From an uncultured Streptococcus sp. (GTDB lineage Bacteria > Bacillota > Bacilli > Lactobacillales > Streptococcaceae), in assembly GCF_963545685.1 (NCBI RefSeq), contig NZ_CAUUKN010000004.1, forward strand, positions 5,439 through 69,438: DNA of 64,000 bases. The letters run 5' to 3'. The notes under the pieces were generated by a model, which worked only from the letters and a program-made list of their open reading frames with translations, did no database searches and was not told the DNA's origin. How positions within the stretch are numbered: position 1 is the stretch's first letter; every line of letters starts with the position of its first letter. This document shows, one piece after another, positions 1-9,865 of the stretch. A program made the translations under genes and the position numbers.

Positions 1-1
1 G

Positions 2-1180
2 ACCAGTCTGATTAAGCGTATTGCCATTGGTGTGGTAATTGGCGCTATACTTGGTTTACTGATTCCAAAAATTACGGTTATTGGTCTTTTGGGAGACATG
101 TTTGTTGGTGGATTAAAGGCGATTGCACCACTCTTGGTTTTCGCTTTAGTGGCGAATGCCCTCTCTCAAACACGTGAAGGCCAGCAGAGTAATATGAAGA
201 CAGTTATTGTGCTTTATCTCTTTGGTACTTTTGCGGCTGCTTTGACAGCTGTTATTTCTCACTATATTTTTCCAATTTCCCTAAAATTAGGAGCAGCCTC
301 AGCTACTAAGGCGACTGCGCCTCAAGGGGTCGGTGAGGTCTTTAAGGATTTGTTGCTTAAAATGGTAGACAATCCTATCAACGCCTTGTCTCAAGCCAAT
401 TACATTGGTGTCTTAGTATGGGCTGTCGTTTTTGGTTTTGCCATGCGAACAGCTAGTAAGCACACTAAAGAATCGCTGCATACCTTAGCAGAAGTAACTT
501 CTCAAATCGTACGTTGGATTATTAATCTAGCGCCATTTGGTATCCTTGGTCTTGTCTTTAATACGATTTCTGAGAATGGCGTAGGTGTTTTGGCAGATTA
601 TGGTGTCTTAATCCTTGTTTTAGTTGGAACAATGGCCTTTGTTGCCTTGGTTGTTAATCCTATTATTGCCTTTGTGATGATGGGTAAAAATCCTTTCCCA
701 TTGGTTTTCCGTTGTTTGAAAGATTCAGGGATTACAGCCTTCTTTACTCGCTCGTCAGCGGCTAATATTCCCGTTAATCTTCAACTTTGTGAGGACCTTG
801 GCTTGAATCCAGATACTTATTCGGTTTCTATCCCTCTAGGGTCAACTATTAACATGGCAGGAGCGGCTGTGACAATCAATGTTTTGACGCTTGCTGCAGT
901 AACAACTTTGGGAATTGAGGTTGATTTTGCGACAGCCCTTATTCTTAGTGTAGTTTCAGCTATTTCTGCTTGCGGTGCTTCAGGTATTGCAGGAGGTTCC
1001 CTTCTCTTGGTGCCAGTGGCATGTAGCCTCTTTGGGATCTCAAATGATTTAGCCATGCAAGTTGTTGGTGTCGGCTTTATCGTCGGTGTCATCCAAGACT
1101 CTTGTGAAACAGCTCTTAACTCTTCAACAGATGTTCTCTTTACAGCAGTAGCGGAAAAGAGTCGTTGGAAGAAAGCTTAG
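2..1180 (+). CDS. sstT: Serine/threonine:cation symporter SstT (DAACS family), 5' end cut by window edge
   Basis: Frame is open from nt 2 ([18 protein letters not shown]...). Polytopic membrane protein with DAACS-like stretches ([26 protein letters not shown]). Hairpin plus T-run follows. Confidence 0.85.
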   Translation, partial: TSLIKRIAIGVVIGAILGLLIPKITVIGLLGDMFVGGLKAIAPLLVFALVANALSQTREGQQSNMKTVIVLYLFGTFAAALTAVISHYIFPISLKLGAASATKATAPQGVGEVFKDLLLKMVDNPINALSQANYIGVLVWAVVFGFAMRTASKHTKESLHTLAEVTSQIVRWIINLAPFGILGLVFNTISENGVGVLADYGVLILVLVGTMAFVALVVNPIIAFVMMGKNPFPLVFRCLKDSGITAFFTRSSAANIPVNLQLCEDLGLNPDTYSVSIPLGSTINMAGAAVTINVLTLAAVTTLGIEVDFATALILSVVSAISACGASGIAGGSLLLVPVACSLFGISNDLAMQVVGVGFIVGVIQDSCETALNSSTDVLFTAVAEKSRWKKA

Positions 1181-1194
1181 GTAAGTAATGTATG

Positions 1195-1218
1195 GTCAGC
1201 CTTTTGGGCTGGCTTTTT
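1195..1218 (+). terminator. Intrinsic terminator after sstT
   Basis: GGTCAGCC ttttg GGCTGGC plus TTTTT. Confidence 0.8.
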
Positions 1219-1233
1219 GATTTTAGAAGAAAA

Positions 1234-1250
1234 CATAGGTAAAGACTATA
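1234..1250. promoter_or_regulatory. Degenerate MET-box-like site (MetR/MtaR type)
   Basis: CATAGGTAAAGACTATA matches 12 of 16 specified positions of TATAGTTTnAAACTATA. It lies upstream of the extended -10 TGgTAAAAT at 1293-1301. Confidence 0.3.
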
Positions 1251-1332
1251 ACTAGCTCAAGAATTTGACAACTTTAAAATAGCTATAAAATATGGTAAAA
1301 TAAACCTTTCTAAGAGAAAAGGTGAAATATTT

Positions 1333-2181
1333 ATGACTAATAACTTATTGGTGCTCCAATCAGACTTTGGCTTGGTTGACGGTGCTGTTTCGGCTATGAT
1401 TGGTGTGGCCCTTCAAGAAGAACCTAGTTTGGGAGTTCATCACCTTACACATGATATTACTCCCTACAACACTTTTGAAGCTTCCTATCGTCTGTTTCAG
1501 ACTGTCGAGTACTGGCCAAAGGGAACAACCTTTGTTTCAGTAGTTGATCCGGGTGTAGGGTCATCACGTAAAAGTGTGGTTGCCCTAACAAAGACGGGTC
1601 AATATATCGTCACACCAGACAATGGAACACTTTCTTATATCAAGAAGGTTATCGGTATAGTGGCTGTCCGTGAAATTTCAGAAGTTCAGAATCGTCGTAG
1701 TAATACCGAGTTATCTTATACCTTCCATGGTCGTGATGTTTATGCATATACAGGTGCCAAATTAGCCTCTGGGCACATCACTTTTGAAGAAGTTGGCCCA
1801 GAGTTGCCTGTGGAAGAAATTCTAGAACTTCCTGTAGTGAAAACTATCATAGAGGAAAATCTAGTTCGTGGTGCGATTGATATTTTGGATGTCCGTTTTG
1901 GCTCTCTTTGGACCTCTATCACACGTGATGACTTTTACGCTTTGGAACCAAACTTTGGTGATCGTTTTGAAGTGACTATCTTTAACAATGATATGTTGGT
2001 CTATCAAAATCAGGTTACCTATGGGAAATCGTTTGCGGATGTTCGTATTGGTCAGCCAATTATTTATATCAACTCTCTCTATCGTGTCGGTCTAGCCATT
2101 AACCAAGGGTCTTTTGCCAAGGCCTATAATGTTGGTGTAGGATCCAACTGGCACATTGAAATTAAACGTTTAGGAGATTAA
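1333..2181 (+). CDS. S-adenosylmethionine hydrolase (adenosine-forming), DUF62 / SalL-FlA-like family
   Basis: 282 aa. N-terminal LVLQSDFGxxDG and VVDPGVGS motifs are typical of DUF62 SAM hydroxide adenosyltransferases. SD gaaaaggtg lies upstream. Confidence 0.8.
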   Translation: MTNNLLVLQSDFGLVDGAVSAMIGVALQEEPSLGVHHLTHDITPYNTFEASYRLFQTVEYWPKGTTFVSVVDPGVGSSRKSVVALTKTGQYIVTPDNGTLSYIKKVIGIVAVREISEVQNRRSNTELSYTFHGRDVYAYTGAKLASGHITFEEVGPELPVEEILELPVVKTIIEENLVRGAIDILDVRFGSLWTSITRDDFYALEPNFGDRFEVTIFNNDMLVYQNQVTYGKSFADVRIGQPIIYINSLYRVGLAINQGSFAKAYNVGVGSNWHIEIKRLGD

Positions 2182-2190
2182 AGTAAGATT

Positions 2191-2736
2191 ATGAAAAATA
2201 ATTCAATTCGTACGGTCGTTGCGACAGGTATTGGTGCAGCACTCTTTATTATCATTGGTATGTTTGTTAATATTCCTATTTTTGGAAATACAAGCATCCA
2301 ACTTCAGTATGCTGTCCAAGCTCTATTTTCAGTTGTTTTTGGGCCTATTACAGGTTTCTTTATGGGCTTCATTGGTCATGCGCTTAAGGACGGTATCCAA
2401 TATGGAAATATCTCATGGGCTTGGGTCCTTGCTAGTGGTATTACAGGTCTTGTTATTGGTCTATTTAGCAAAAAATATGACGTAACAACGGGTAAGTTCT
2501 CTATAATGGGTATGATTTGGTTTAACCTAGCGCAAGCATTGGGACTACTTATTGCTTATGGTGTTGTGACGCCAATCGGTGATAGAATCCAATTTGCTCA
2601 AGCCTGGTCATATCTTTATGCACAAAGTTTCGTAGCTGGTGTAGCTAACTTTATTACAATTGCAATTGGGGGAACACTCCTTCTTGCCATTTATGCTAGC
2701 TCACGTACACAATCTGGTAGTCTTACCAAAGACTAG
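2191..2736 (+). CDS. ECF transporter substrate-specific (S) component, UPF0397-type, substrate unknown
   Basis: 181 aa small glycine-rich multi-TM protein. It is followed directly by a fused EcfA-EcfA and an EcfT gene (dedicated group-I ECF module). Confidence 0.8.
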   Translation: MKNNSIRTVVATGIGAALFIIIGMFVNIPIFGNTSIQLQYAVQALFSVVFGPITGFFMGFIGHALKDGIQYGNISWAWVLASGITGLVIGLFSKKYDVTTGKFSIMGMIWFNLAQALGLLIAYGVVTPIGDRIQFAQAWSYLYAQSFVAGVANFITIAIGGTLLLAIYASSRTQSGSLTKD

Positions 2737-2801
2737 AATAAGTTATAGGAGAGTGGGACTGTCAGCTTATTGTGATATCTCCTCTCTTTTTTATTAGAAA
2801 C

Positions 2802-4478
2802 ATGAATAAATACATTAGTTTTAATCAGTTTACATTTCAATATGATGCACAAGCAGAACCAACCCTCAAGGATATTAGCTTTGATATTGCCAAGGGAGAG
2901 AAGGTCCTCATTTTAGGTCCTTCTGGTAGTGGAAAATCAACTTTGGCCCATTGCCTCAATGGTATCATACCTAATATTCATAAGGGACAGGCGAAAGGTC
3001 AGGTTCTTATCGATGGCCAGGATGTTTTCACGCAGTCTATCTACGATAAGTCACAGTTAGTGTCTACAGTATTACAAGATCCGGATGGTCAGTTTATTGG
3101 CTTAACAGTAGCTGAAGACTTGGCTTTTGCCTTGGAAAATGATTGTGTCAATCAAAGTGCGATGAAGGACAGGGTATCCCTCTGGGCTGAAAGCTTGGAT
3201 TTGGGTTCTCTTTTGAATCATCGACCTCAAGATTTATCAGGGGGACAAAAACAACGGGTCAGTTTGGCTGGTGTCTTGATTGATGAGAGTCCCATTCTTT
3301 TATTTGATGAGCCTTTAGCAAATTTAGATCCTAAATCAGGACAGGAAACTATTAATCTCATTGATAAGATCCACGAGGAAGTGGGAGCTACGACGATTAT
3401 TATTGAGCATCGTCTAGAAGATGTTCTTTATCGTCCCGTTGACCGGATTTTACTGGTTAATGATGGTACCCTCCTCTTTAACGGTAGTCCAGATGAGCTT
3501 TTATCGAGTACACTTTTGTTGGAAAATGGGATTCGAGAGCCCCTATATCTGACTGTTTTACGTCAGTTGGGATTTGATACAACTAGAGCACAAAATCTTA
3601 GCCAACTAGATGCTTTGGATTTGTCTGGATTAGGTCTGCCAGATAGAGTATTGAGAGATAAAACGGAAGCTTCGAACAATTCTATTTTGGAGGTTGAGGG
3701 ACTGAAAGTTGGCTATGGAGATAATCAAATCGTCATTGATGATATATCCTTTAGTTTAAAAAAAGGCGAACGTATAGCAATTGTTGGTAAAAATGGAGCT
3801 GGAAAGTCTACTCTTGCCAAGGCTTTGTGTGGTTTTATTCCTAGTCAAGGAAAATTAACCTATTTGGGTCAGGATATTTGTCAAGATAGTATTGCTGAGC
3901 GTTCAGAACGTATAGGCTTTGTTTTACAAAATCCTAATCAGATGATTAGTCAAGCCATGATTTTTGATGAAGTCGCACTAGGTTTGCGCTTGCGAGGTGT
4001 TGAAGAAACAGAGGTTGAAGAGCGCGTTCATGAGGTTTTGAAGACCTGTGGACTTTATAGTTTTCGTAAATGGCCTATTTCTGCACTCTCCTTTGGTCAG
4101 AAAAAACGTGTGACCATTGCATCTATCTTGGTTTTGAAACCTGAAATCATTATCTTGGATGAGCCAACGGCTGGTCAAGATTATCAAACTTACACGGATA
4201 TCATGAAGTTCTTGGATGGTCTTCAGAAAAAAGGCCATACGATTGTGATGATTACCCATGATATGCAACTCATGTTGGAATATAGCGATCGTTGTCTAGT
4301 TGTAGTCGATGGAGAAATTATTGCAGATGATAATCCTGTTGCCATTCTCAATCAGAAGAACCTGCTTGAGTCAGCCAATCTCAAGCAGACATCTCTTTAT
4401 AGCTTAGGTCAGAAGTTGTTATGTGATCCGGTAGAAGTAACCCAGTATTATATAGAAAAAGGAGGCCCGTATGTCTAA
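2802..4478 (+). CDS. ECF transporter fused double ATPase (EcfA-EcfA')
   Basis: Two ABC cassettes: Walker [10 protein letters not shown] and GKNGAGKST, signatures LSGGQKQR and LSFGQKKR. I prefer ATG 2802 (MNKYISF...) to the track start at 2772. No clear SD. Confidence 0.85.
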   Translation: MNKYISFNQFTFQYDAQAEPTLKDISFDIAKGEKVLILGPSGSGKSTLAHCLNGIIPNIHKGQAKGQVLIDGQDVFTQSIYDKSQLVSTVLQDPDGQFIGLTVAEDLAFALENDCVNQSAMKDRVSLWAESLDLGSLLNHRPQDLSGGQKQRVSLAGVLIDESPILLFDEPLANLDPKSGQETINLIDKIHEEVGATTIIIEHRLEDVLYRPVDRILLVNDGTLLFNGSPDELLSSTLLLENGIREPLYLTVLRQLGFDTTRAQNLSQLDALDLSGLGLPDRVLRDKTEASNNSILEVEGLKVGYGDNQIVIDDISFSLKKGERIAIVGKNGAGKSTLAKALCGFIPSQGKLTYLGQDICQDSIAERSERIGFVLQNPNQMISQAMIFDEVALGLRLRGVEETEVEERVHEVLKTCGLYSFRKWPISALSFGQKKRVTIASILVLKPEIIILDEPTAGQDYQTYTDIMKFLDGLQKKGHTIVMITHDMQLMLEYSDRCLVVVDGEIIADDNPVAILNQKNLLESANLKQTSLYSLGQKLLCDPVEVTQYYIEKGGPYV

Positions 4479-5301
4479 TCGTTTAATAGGTTATCAACCA
4501 GGTCGAGGTTTCCTCTATGATTTGTCTGGGGCGAGTAAGATGCTATTCTTTATCTTGGTTTCAGTTGCTTGCATGGCTACCTATGATCCACGCTTTATCC
4601 TAGCAGTAGGGCTATTTTCAATTTATCTCTTTTATTTGGCCAACATTCATTGGAGGGATATTTCTTTTGTTGTGAAGATCATTGGCTCGATTGCCCTTTT
4701 TAATCTACTTATGGTCTATCTCTTCGCACCTAGTTATGGTGAAGAAATTTATGGGGCTAAGACGGTTCTGATTGAAGGATGGGGGCGTTTCTATTTAACC
4801 AGTCAGGAGCTCTTTTATCTTGTCAATCTTCTGCTTAAGTATTTTTCAACAGTCCCTCTTGCCATCCTTTTTCTTATGACTACCCATCCCAGTCAGTTTG
4901 CGGCTAGTCTTAATCAGATTGGTATTCCCTATAAATTTGCTTACTCCGTCAGTTTGACCTTACGTTATATTCCAGATGTTCAAGAAGAATTCTTTACGAT
5001 TCGTAAGGCTCAAGAAGCGCGTGGTTTGGATTTGTCACAAAAAGTGGGACTGGTCAAACGTATTCGTAGGAATCTACAAATCGTTCTCCCTCTGATTTTT
5101 TCGTCACTCGAACGTATTGATACTGTATCGACGGCTATGGAATTACGCCGATTTGGTCGCTACAAAAAACGTACCTGGTATGTGCACAAATCCTTGACCA
5201 AACAAGATTATCTTGTCATCGTATCAGCTACTCTTTTATTAGGAATTAGTCTGGGGTTGATTTATCTTAACCATGGGCGTTTTTACAATCCATGGATGTG
5301 A
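4471..5301 (+). CDS. ECF transporter transmembrane (T) component, EcfT/CbiQ family
   Basis: 276 aa multi-TM protein. Its position and 8-nt overlap with the ATPase gene fit an EcfT, and SD aaaggagg is present. An EcfT-like cytoplasmic loop is seen (IRKAQEARG). Confidence 0.85.
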   Translation: MSNRLIGYQPGRGFLYDLSGASKMLFFILVSVACMATYDPRFILAVGLFSIYLFYLANIHWRDISFVVKIIGSIALFNLLMVYLFAPSYGEEIYGAKTVLIEGWGRFYLTSQELFYLVNLLLKYFSTVPLAILFLMTTHPSQFAASLNQIGIPYKFAYSVSLTLRYIPDVQEEFFTIRKAQEARGLDLSQKVGLVKRIRRNLQIVLPLIFSSLERIDTVSTAMELRRFGRYKKRTWYVHKSLTKQDYLVIVSATLLLGISLGLIYLNHGRFYNPWM

Positions 5302-5332
5302 AGTTGTTTTTCAGTGAGTTCTAAATAAACGA

Positions 5333-5371
5333 AAAGTTCTGAGATGTTTACAGCATCTTCAGAGCTTTTTT
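5333..5371 (+). terminator. Intrinsic terminator after the ECF operon
   Basis: aaaGTTCTGAGATG tttacag CATCT(T)CAGAGCttttt, with one bulge. Confidence 0.75.
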
Positions 5372-5433
5372 AGATTTTTGTTCCCAATTTTTGAACAATA
5401 TTTGTGTGACATTTTCAACAAATTACTTTATTC

Positions 5434-5457
5434 TGAAAGCGTTTTTTGTGGTATAAT
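5434..5457 (+). promoter_or_regulatory. tkt promoter: cre-like box TGAAAGCGTTTTTT abutting extended -10 TGgTATAAT
   Basis: Extended -10 at 5449-5457. The left half of the cre consensus (TGAAAGCG) is perfect and the right half is poor. Confidence 0.4.
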
Positions 5458-5490
5458 TAAAGTGGCGTCGATATTATTAAGGAGGAAATT

Positions 5491-7467
5491 ATGTCTAATC
5501 TTTCAGTAAATGCTATCCGTTTTCTAGGGGTAGATGCGATTAACCAAGCTAACTCTGGTCACCCTGGTGTGGTAATGGGTGCAGCTCCAATGGGTTACAC
5601 TTTGTTTACTAAGCAATTGCATGTCAATCCTGAAGTTCCAAATTGGATTAATCGTGACCGTTTTGTTTTGTCAGCAGGGCACGGTTCAATGCTTCTTTAT
5701 GCGCTCCTTCATTTGTCAGGATTTAAAGATTTGAGCATTGAAGAGCTTAAACAATTCCGTCAATGGGGTTCTAAGACACCTGGTCACCCAGAATTTGGTC
5801 ATACAGCTGGTGTAGATGCTACCTCTGGTCCACTTGGGCAAGGTATTGCTACAGCTGTTGGTATGGCACAAGCTGAACGTTTCTTGGCTTCTCGTTACAA
5901 CAAGGAAGGCTTCCCAATCTTTGACCATTATACTTATGTTATTGCGGGGGATGGTTGCTTTATGGAAGGCGTTTCTGCTGAAGCATCATCTTACGCTGGT
6001 CTTCAAAAATTGGATAAATTGATTGTTTTGTACGATTCAAATGATATCAACCTTGACGGTGAAACTAAAGATTCATTTACTGAAGATGTACGTGCACGTT
6101 ATGAAGCTTATGGTTGGAATACTGAATTTGTTCAAGACGGAACAGATGTCGAAGCTATCAACGCTGCTATTGAAAGTGCAAAAGCAAGTGGTAAACCATC
6201 TTTGATTGAGGTTAAGACGATTATTGGTCATGGTGCTCCTAATAAACAAGGAACTAACGGTGTCCACGGTGCTCCTCTTGGACCAGACGAAACAGCAGCT
6301 GCAAGAGAAAACTTGGGTTGGGACTATGCTCCATTTGAAGTTCCAGAAGAAGTTTATGCTGATTTCAAGGAAAATACAGTTGATCGTGGTCGTCAGGCCT
6401 ATGACGCTTGGGTTGCTTTGGTAGATGAGTACAAACAATCTTACCCAGAACTTGGTGCTGAACTTGCACGCATTCTTGAAGGTAAGGATGCAGTTGAATT
6501 CCAAACTTCAGACTTCCCAGCTCTTGAAAATGGTTATTCACAAGCAACTCGTAATTCAAGTCAAGATGCTTTGAATGTTATTGCTGATAAAGTGCCAACA
6601 TTCCTAGGTGGCTCTGCGGATTTGGCTCACTCAAATATGACTTACATTAAATCTGACGGTCTACAAGATGATGCACATCGTCTTAACCGTAACATTCAAT
6701 TTGGTGTACGTGAGTTTGCGATGGGAACAGTCTTGAATGGTATGGCTCTCCATGGTGGACTTCGTGTTTACGGTGGTACCTTCTTCGTATTCTCAGACTA
6801 TGTAAAAGCAGCAGTTCGTTTGTCTGCACTCCAAGGACTTCCAGTTACTTATGTCTTTACTCACGACTCTATTGCAGTCGGTGAAGATGGACCTACCCAT
6901 GAACCAATCGAACATCTAGCTGGACTTCGTGCTATTCCAAACCTTAATGTCTATCGTCCAGCAGATGCGCGTGAAACACAAGCTGCATGGTATCAAGCTG
7001 TAACTTCTAAATCAACACCTACAGCACTTATTTTGACACGTCAAAACTTGACTGTTGAAGAAGGAACAGATTTTGATAAAGTTTCAAAAGGTGCCTATGT
7101 TGTTCATGAAACAGCAGCAGATTTTGATACGATTCTCCTTGCGTCTGGTTCAGAAGTAAATCTTGCAGTAGCATCAGCAAAAGCTTTGGAATCAGAAGGT
7201 TACAAAGTTCGTGTTGTAAGTGTTCCATCAACAGATGTCTTTGATGCACAAGATCAAGCCTACAAAGAAGAGGTTCTTCCAAATGCAGTTCGTCGTCGTG
7301 TAGCAATCGAAATGGCAGCAAGTCTACCATGGTATAAATATGTTGGTTTAGACGGTGCTGTCATTGGAATTGATAGATTTGGTGCCTCAGCTCCAGCTGC
7401 TAAAATTATTGAAGAATATGGCTTTACAGTAGAAAATGTCGTTGAAACAGTAAAAGGTATGAACTAA
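5491..7467 (+). CDS. tkt: Transketolase
   Basis: 658 aa. N-terminal NSGHPG, the [11 protein letters not shown]-binding region and full-length similarity to bacterial Tkt. SD aaggagg. Confidence 0.95.
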   Translation: MSNLSVNAIRFLGVDAINQANSGHPGVVMGAAPMGYTLFTKQLHVNPEVPNWINRDRFVLSAGHGSMLLYALLHLSGFKDLSIEELKQFRQWGSKTPGHPEFGHTAGVDATSGPLGQGIATAVGMAQAERFLASRYNKEGFPIFDHYTYVIAGDGCFMEGVSAEASSYAGLQKLDKLIVLYDSNDINLDGETKDSFTEDVRARYEAYGWNTEFVQDGTDVEAINAAIESAKASGKPSLIEVKTIIGHGAPNKQGTNGVHGAPLGPDETAAARENLGWDYAPFEVPEEVYADFKENTVDRGRQAYDAWVALVDEYKQSYPELGAELARILEGKDAVEFQTSDFPALENGYSQATRNSSQDALNVIADKVPTFLGGSADLAHSNMTYIKSDGLQDDAHRLNRNIQFGVREFAMGTVLNGMALHGGLRVYGGTFFVFSDYVKAAVRLSALQGLPVTYVFTHDSIAVGEDGPTHEPIEHLAGLRAIPNLNVYRPADARETQAAWYQAVTSKSTPTALILTRQNLTVEEGTDFDKVSKGAYVVHETAADFDTILLASGSEVNLAVASAKALESEGYKVRVVSVPSTDVFDAQDQAYKEEVLPNAVRRRVAIEMAASLPWYKYVGLDGAVIGIDRFGASAPAAKIIEEYGFTVENVVETVKGMN

Positions 7468-7493
7468 GATAATTTGAATTCTTAGACATGTTA

Positions 7494-7525
7494 AAAAACA
7501 TTGGTTGTAAGGACCAATGTTTTTT
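7494..7525 (+). terminator. Intrinsic terminator after tkt
   Basis: AAAAACATTGGT tgtaagg ACCAATGTTTTT. Confidence 0.9.
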
Positions 7526-7721
7526 GTCTAATGAAGAAAGGACACTTAGGACCGTTAACGATGTATTTGAGACACTGGGTGGTCCAATCTATTATGGTGC
7601 AGACCCTCATTTCTCTAACTACTTTGCAAAACAGGGTAAGGACTTTGATATTGAGGTTGCTATCAATAACCATGGGATAACTCTGTAGGTATTCAGGATA
7701 TCTTAGTCTATCTAAGGCATT

Positions 7722-8393
7722 TTATTTCAAATATCCTAAATAATCGAATTTTTCTAGTGTTCGATTGTCTGCGACTACTAAAATGATTCCTTTGTCAGGT
7801 AGTTTATTTTTGGGGTCAAAGTGAGTGTTTAACCTACCGTTTTCCACATCTCTAAAACCAATAACGTTGACGTTATAAGTTTGTCTTAGATTTAAAGTAT
7901 GCAAGGACTTTCCAGCCCAGTCATTAGGGATTTTCAACTCAATTAAAGCCACGTCATCCTCTAAATGAAAAATACTTGAAATGTTATAGCGGAGTATGGT
8001 TGAAGCCAAGTCTCTTGCTGTGCTACGCTCAGGAGTGATGACCAAATTGGCCCCCATTCCGTAAAGCACTTCCTCATAATTGTTATTCGTAGCTTTGGCG
8101 ATAATATTTGTAATGCCAAGTTTTTTACATTGCAGGAGCGCCAGTGCAGAAGATTCTAAGTGTTCCCCAGTTGCAATAATGACCGTATCGCAAGTATCGA
8201 TACCAGCGGAGCGTAGAAAGTCAATGTCAGTAATGTCACCAACAGCGGCCTTGGTCACCTGATCAGCAAGGGAATCAATTATTGTAGAGTTGTTGTCCAA
8301 GGCAATGACATCTTGTCCAAAAGAGGAGAGTTCGGTTGCAATAGTTTGTCCAAAGATTCCCAAACCGAGGACCCCAATAATTTGTGTTTTCAT
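7722..8393 (-). CDS. trkA: Potassium uptake system NAD-binding (RCK) subunit TrkA/KtrA
   Basis: 223 aa. Rossmann GxGxxG (GVLGLGIFG) plus a C-terminal RCK_C-like half. Adjacent to the TrkH gene. Confidence 0.85.
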   Translation of the reverse strand: MKTQIIGVLGLGIFGQTIATELSSFGQDVIALDNNSTIIDSLADQVTKAAVGDITDIDFLRSAGIDTCDTVIIATGEHLESSALALLQCKKLGITNIIAKATNNNYEEVLYGMGANLVITPERSTARDLASTILRYNISSIFHLEDDVALIELKIPNDWAGKSLHTLNLRQTYNVNVIGFRDVENGRLNTHFDPKNKLPDKGIILVVADNRTLEKFDYLGYLK

Positions 8394-8432
8394 ATAAAAT
8401 CCTTTCAGAATATTGTCAATTAATAAAATAGT

Positions 8433-9818
8433 TTAGCCGACTGAAATGTCGGTTGGGGCATAAGAGACATGTTTTTCTTTTTTTGTCATCAAGCTCAAGA
8501 GGACAGTTATAGGTCCGACACGACCGATGAACATCAGAGCCATGATAACAAGGCGTCCCACAGTATTAAGACTAGAAGTCAAATCCATAGACACACCAAC
8601 GGTAGCAATGGCTGACACACTCTCAAAAAGTAGAGCTAGTGGTGACAGAGTAGGATTAGTCTCAAGCAAAATAACATAGCCGACGAAGAGCATCGTTAGG
8701 AAGAAGAGGATAACAATGAATGCTTGCATAACAGTTTTATTAGAGATAATACGGTTTCGGAAAACAACACTAGAGTTACCAGAGAGCTCCGACTTGAAAA
8801 GAAGAAACATAATGGAGGCGGTGGTTACCTTGATACCACCAGCAGTTCCCCCGGGACCTCCCCCAATAATCATCTGAATCATAAAAAGAAGATTGGTAGA
8901 AAAAGCAGCATTGGTGTAGGAAATAGTTGCAAAACCAGCGGTACGCATGGTTACAGTCTGAAAGAAACTTACCAGAAGTTGCTGCCAGACATTGAGACTA
9001 CCTATGGTTTTAGAGTTATCTATTTCCAGCAACCAAGCAAGTAGGGTTCCGCCAAAGAGGAGACAGCCTGTACTTATAAGAACCAGACGGCTTTGATTAC
9101 TAAAAGGTTTACTAGCTAATTTCCAGTTTCTAGGACGATCTTTAATATAGCGTCTAATCATTTGAATCAAATCAATCCAAACTGCAAATCCCAAGCTTCC
9201 AGCCATGATAAGAAAAGCCACAGAGAGATTGATAGTTGGATTAGTCGCATAATCTTGTAAACTGTTAGCTCCTAAGTTATCAAAGCCAGCATTACAAAAA
9301 GCAGAGACAGCTAGAAAGAGACTATTAAAAATGCCATGACCAAGTCCAAAGCGAGGAATAAAATCAGTCATAATCACTAGTGCCGCTAAAGCTTCAATAG
9401 AAAAAGTTATTTTATAGACCTTGAAAAGATAAGCTTTCAAATCTTTTTGGTTATCCCTACTAAGTGCGGATTGAAGGAGATCTTGATCACTTAATCCTAA
9501 TTTATTTTTAAGAGTATAGGTACTAAAGGCTATAAGAGAGACTAGTCCAAGACCTCCCGTCTGCATAAGAAGCATAGAGATAATCTGACCAAAACCATTG
9601 TAAGCTTTGCTGACAGGGACAACGGAAAGTCCAGTTACACAGACCATTGACACAGTATTAAAGAGATGATCTAGGTAGCTTGTTTCTGGACTATTAGCAT
9701 AATGACTTATGGGAAGACTAAGTAAAATACTCCCCACTATAATGACAAAGGCAAAGCTGAGTACAAGCTTTTGCGTGACTGAAAGATGTTTTATCAATGA
9801 AAACCTCCGAGTTATCAT
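8433..9818 (-). CDS. trkH: Potassium transporter membrane subunit TrkH/KtrB
   Basis: 461 aa polytopic protein with repeated pore-loop glycines (TGGLG, CNAGF, RTAGF, TVGVS), typical of the TrkH/KtrB family. Confidence 0.85.
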   Translation of the reverse strand: MITRRFSLIKHLSVTQKLVLSFAFVIIVGSILLSLPISHYANSPETSYLDHLFNTVSMVCVTGLSVVPVSKAYNGFGQIISMLLMQTGGLGLVSLIAFSTYTLKNKLGLSDQDLLQSALSRDNQKDLKAYLFKVYKITFSIEALAALVIMTDFIPRFGLGHGIFNSLFLAVSAFCNAGFDNLGANSLQDYATNPTINLSVAFLIMAGSLGFAVWIDLIQMIRRYIKDRPRNWKLASKPFSNQSRLVLISTGCLLFGGTLLAWLLEIDNSKTIGSLNVWQQLLVSFFQTVTMRTAGFATISYTNAAFSTNLLFMIQMIIGGGPGGTAGGIKVTTASIMFLLFKSELSGNSSVVFRNRIISNKTVMQAFIVILFFLTMLFVGYVILLETNPTLSPLALLFESVSAIATVGVSMDLTSSLNTVGRLVIMALMFIGRVGPITVLLSLMTKKEKHVSYAPTDISVG

Positions 9819-9833
9819 AAGGTGAAATAAGAA

Positions 9834-9859
9834 TCCAAGGAGTAAGAAATATCCTTGGA
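9834..9859 (-). terminator. Terminator-like hairpin in the 47-bp rsmG-trkH spacer
   Basis: On the minus strand, TCCAAGGA tatttcttac TCCTTGGA (8 bp perfect) is followed by TTCTTATTT. It ends about 15 nt before the trkH ATG. Confidence 0.4.
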
Positions 9860-9865
9860 TAAACG

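Noticed and set aside
817-1092. Antisense or alternative-frame ORFs of 60-180 aa inside strong genes, for example 817-1092, 6073-6504, 17155-17622, 29462-29887, 34145-34657, 35720-36097, 50422-50958, 60496-60891
   Set aside because: They lie wholly inside confidently identified CDSs, lack an SD and are compositionally odd. Those in infB and ftf are by-products of low-complexity coding sequence.
2747-2792. Possible attenuator (AGGAGAG ... CTCTCTT plus T-run) between the ECF S-component and ATPase genes
   Set aside because: The stem is only 7 bp including a G-U pair and the loop is 28 nt, too weak to call. The observation that the ATPase ATG (2802) lacks an SD stands, but no mechanism can be supported.
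7488-7688. 66-aa plus-strand ORF between tkt and trkA
   Set aside because: Its first 13 codons are the tkt terminator hairpin, there is no SD, and there is no in-frame ATG after the terminator. The C-terminal part (…GGPIYYGADPHFSNYFAKQGKDFDIEVAINNHGITL) could be a relic of a decayed gene, but I cannot assign it, so it is not called.
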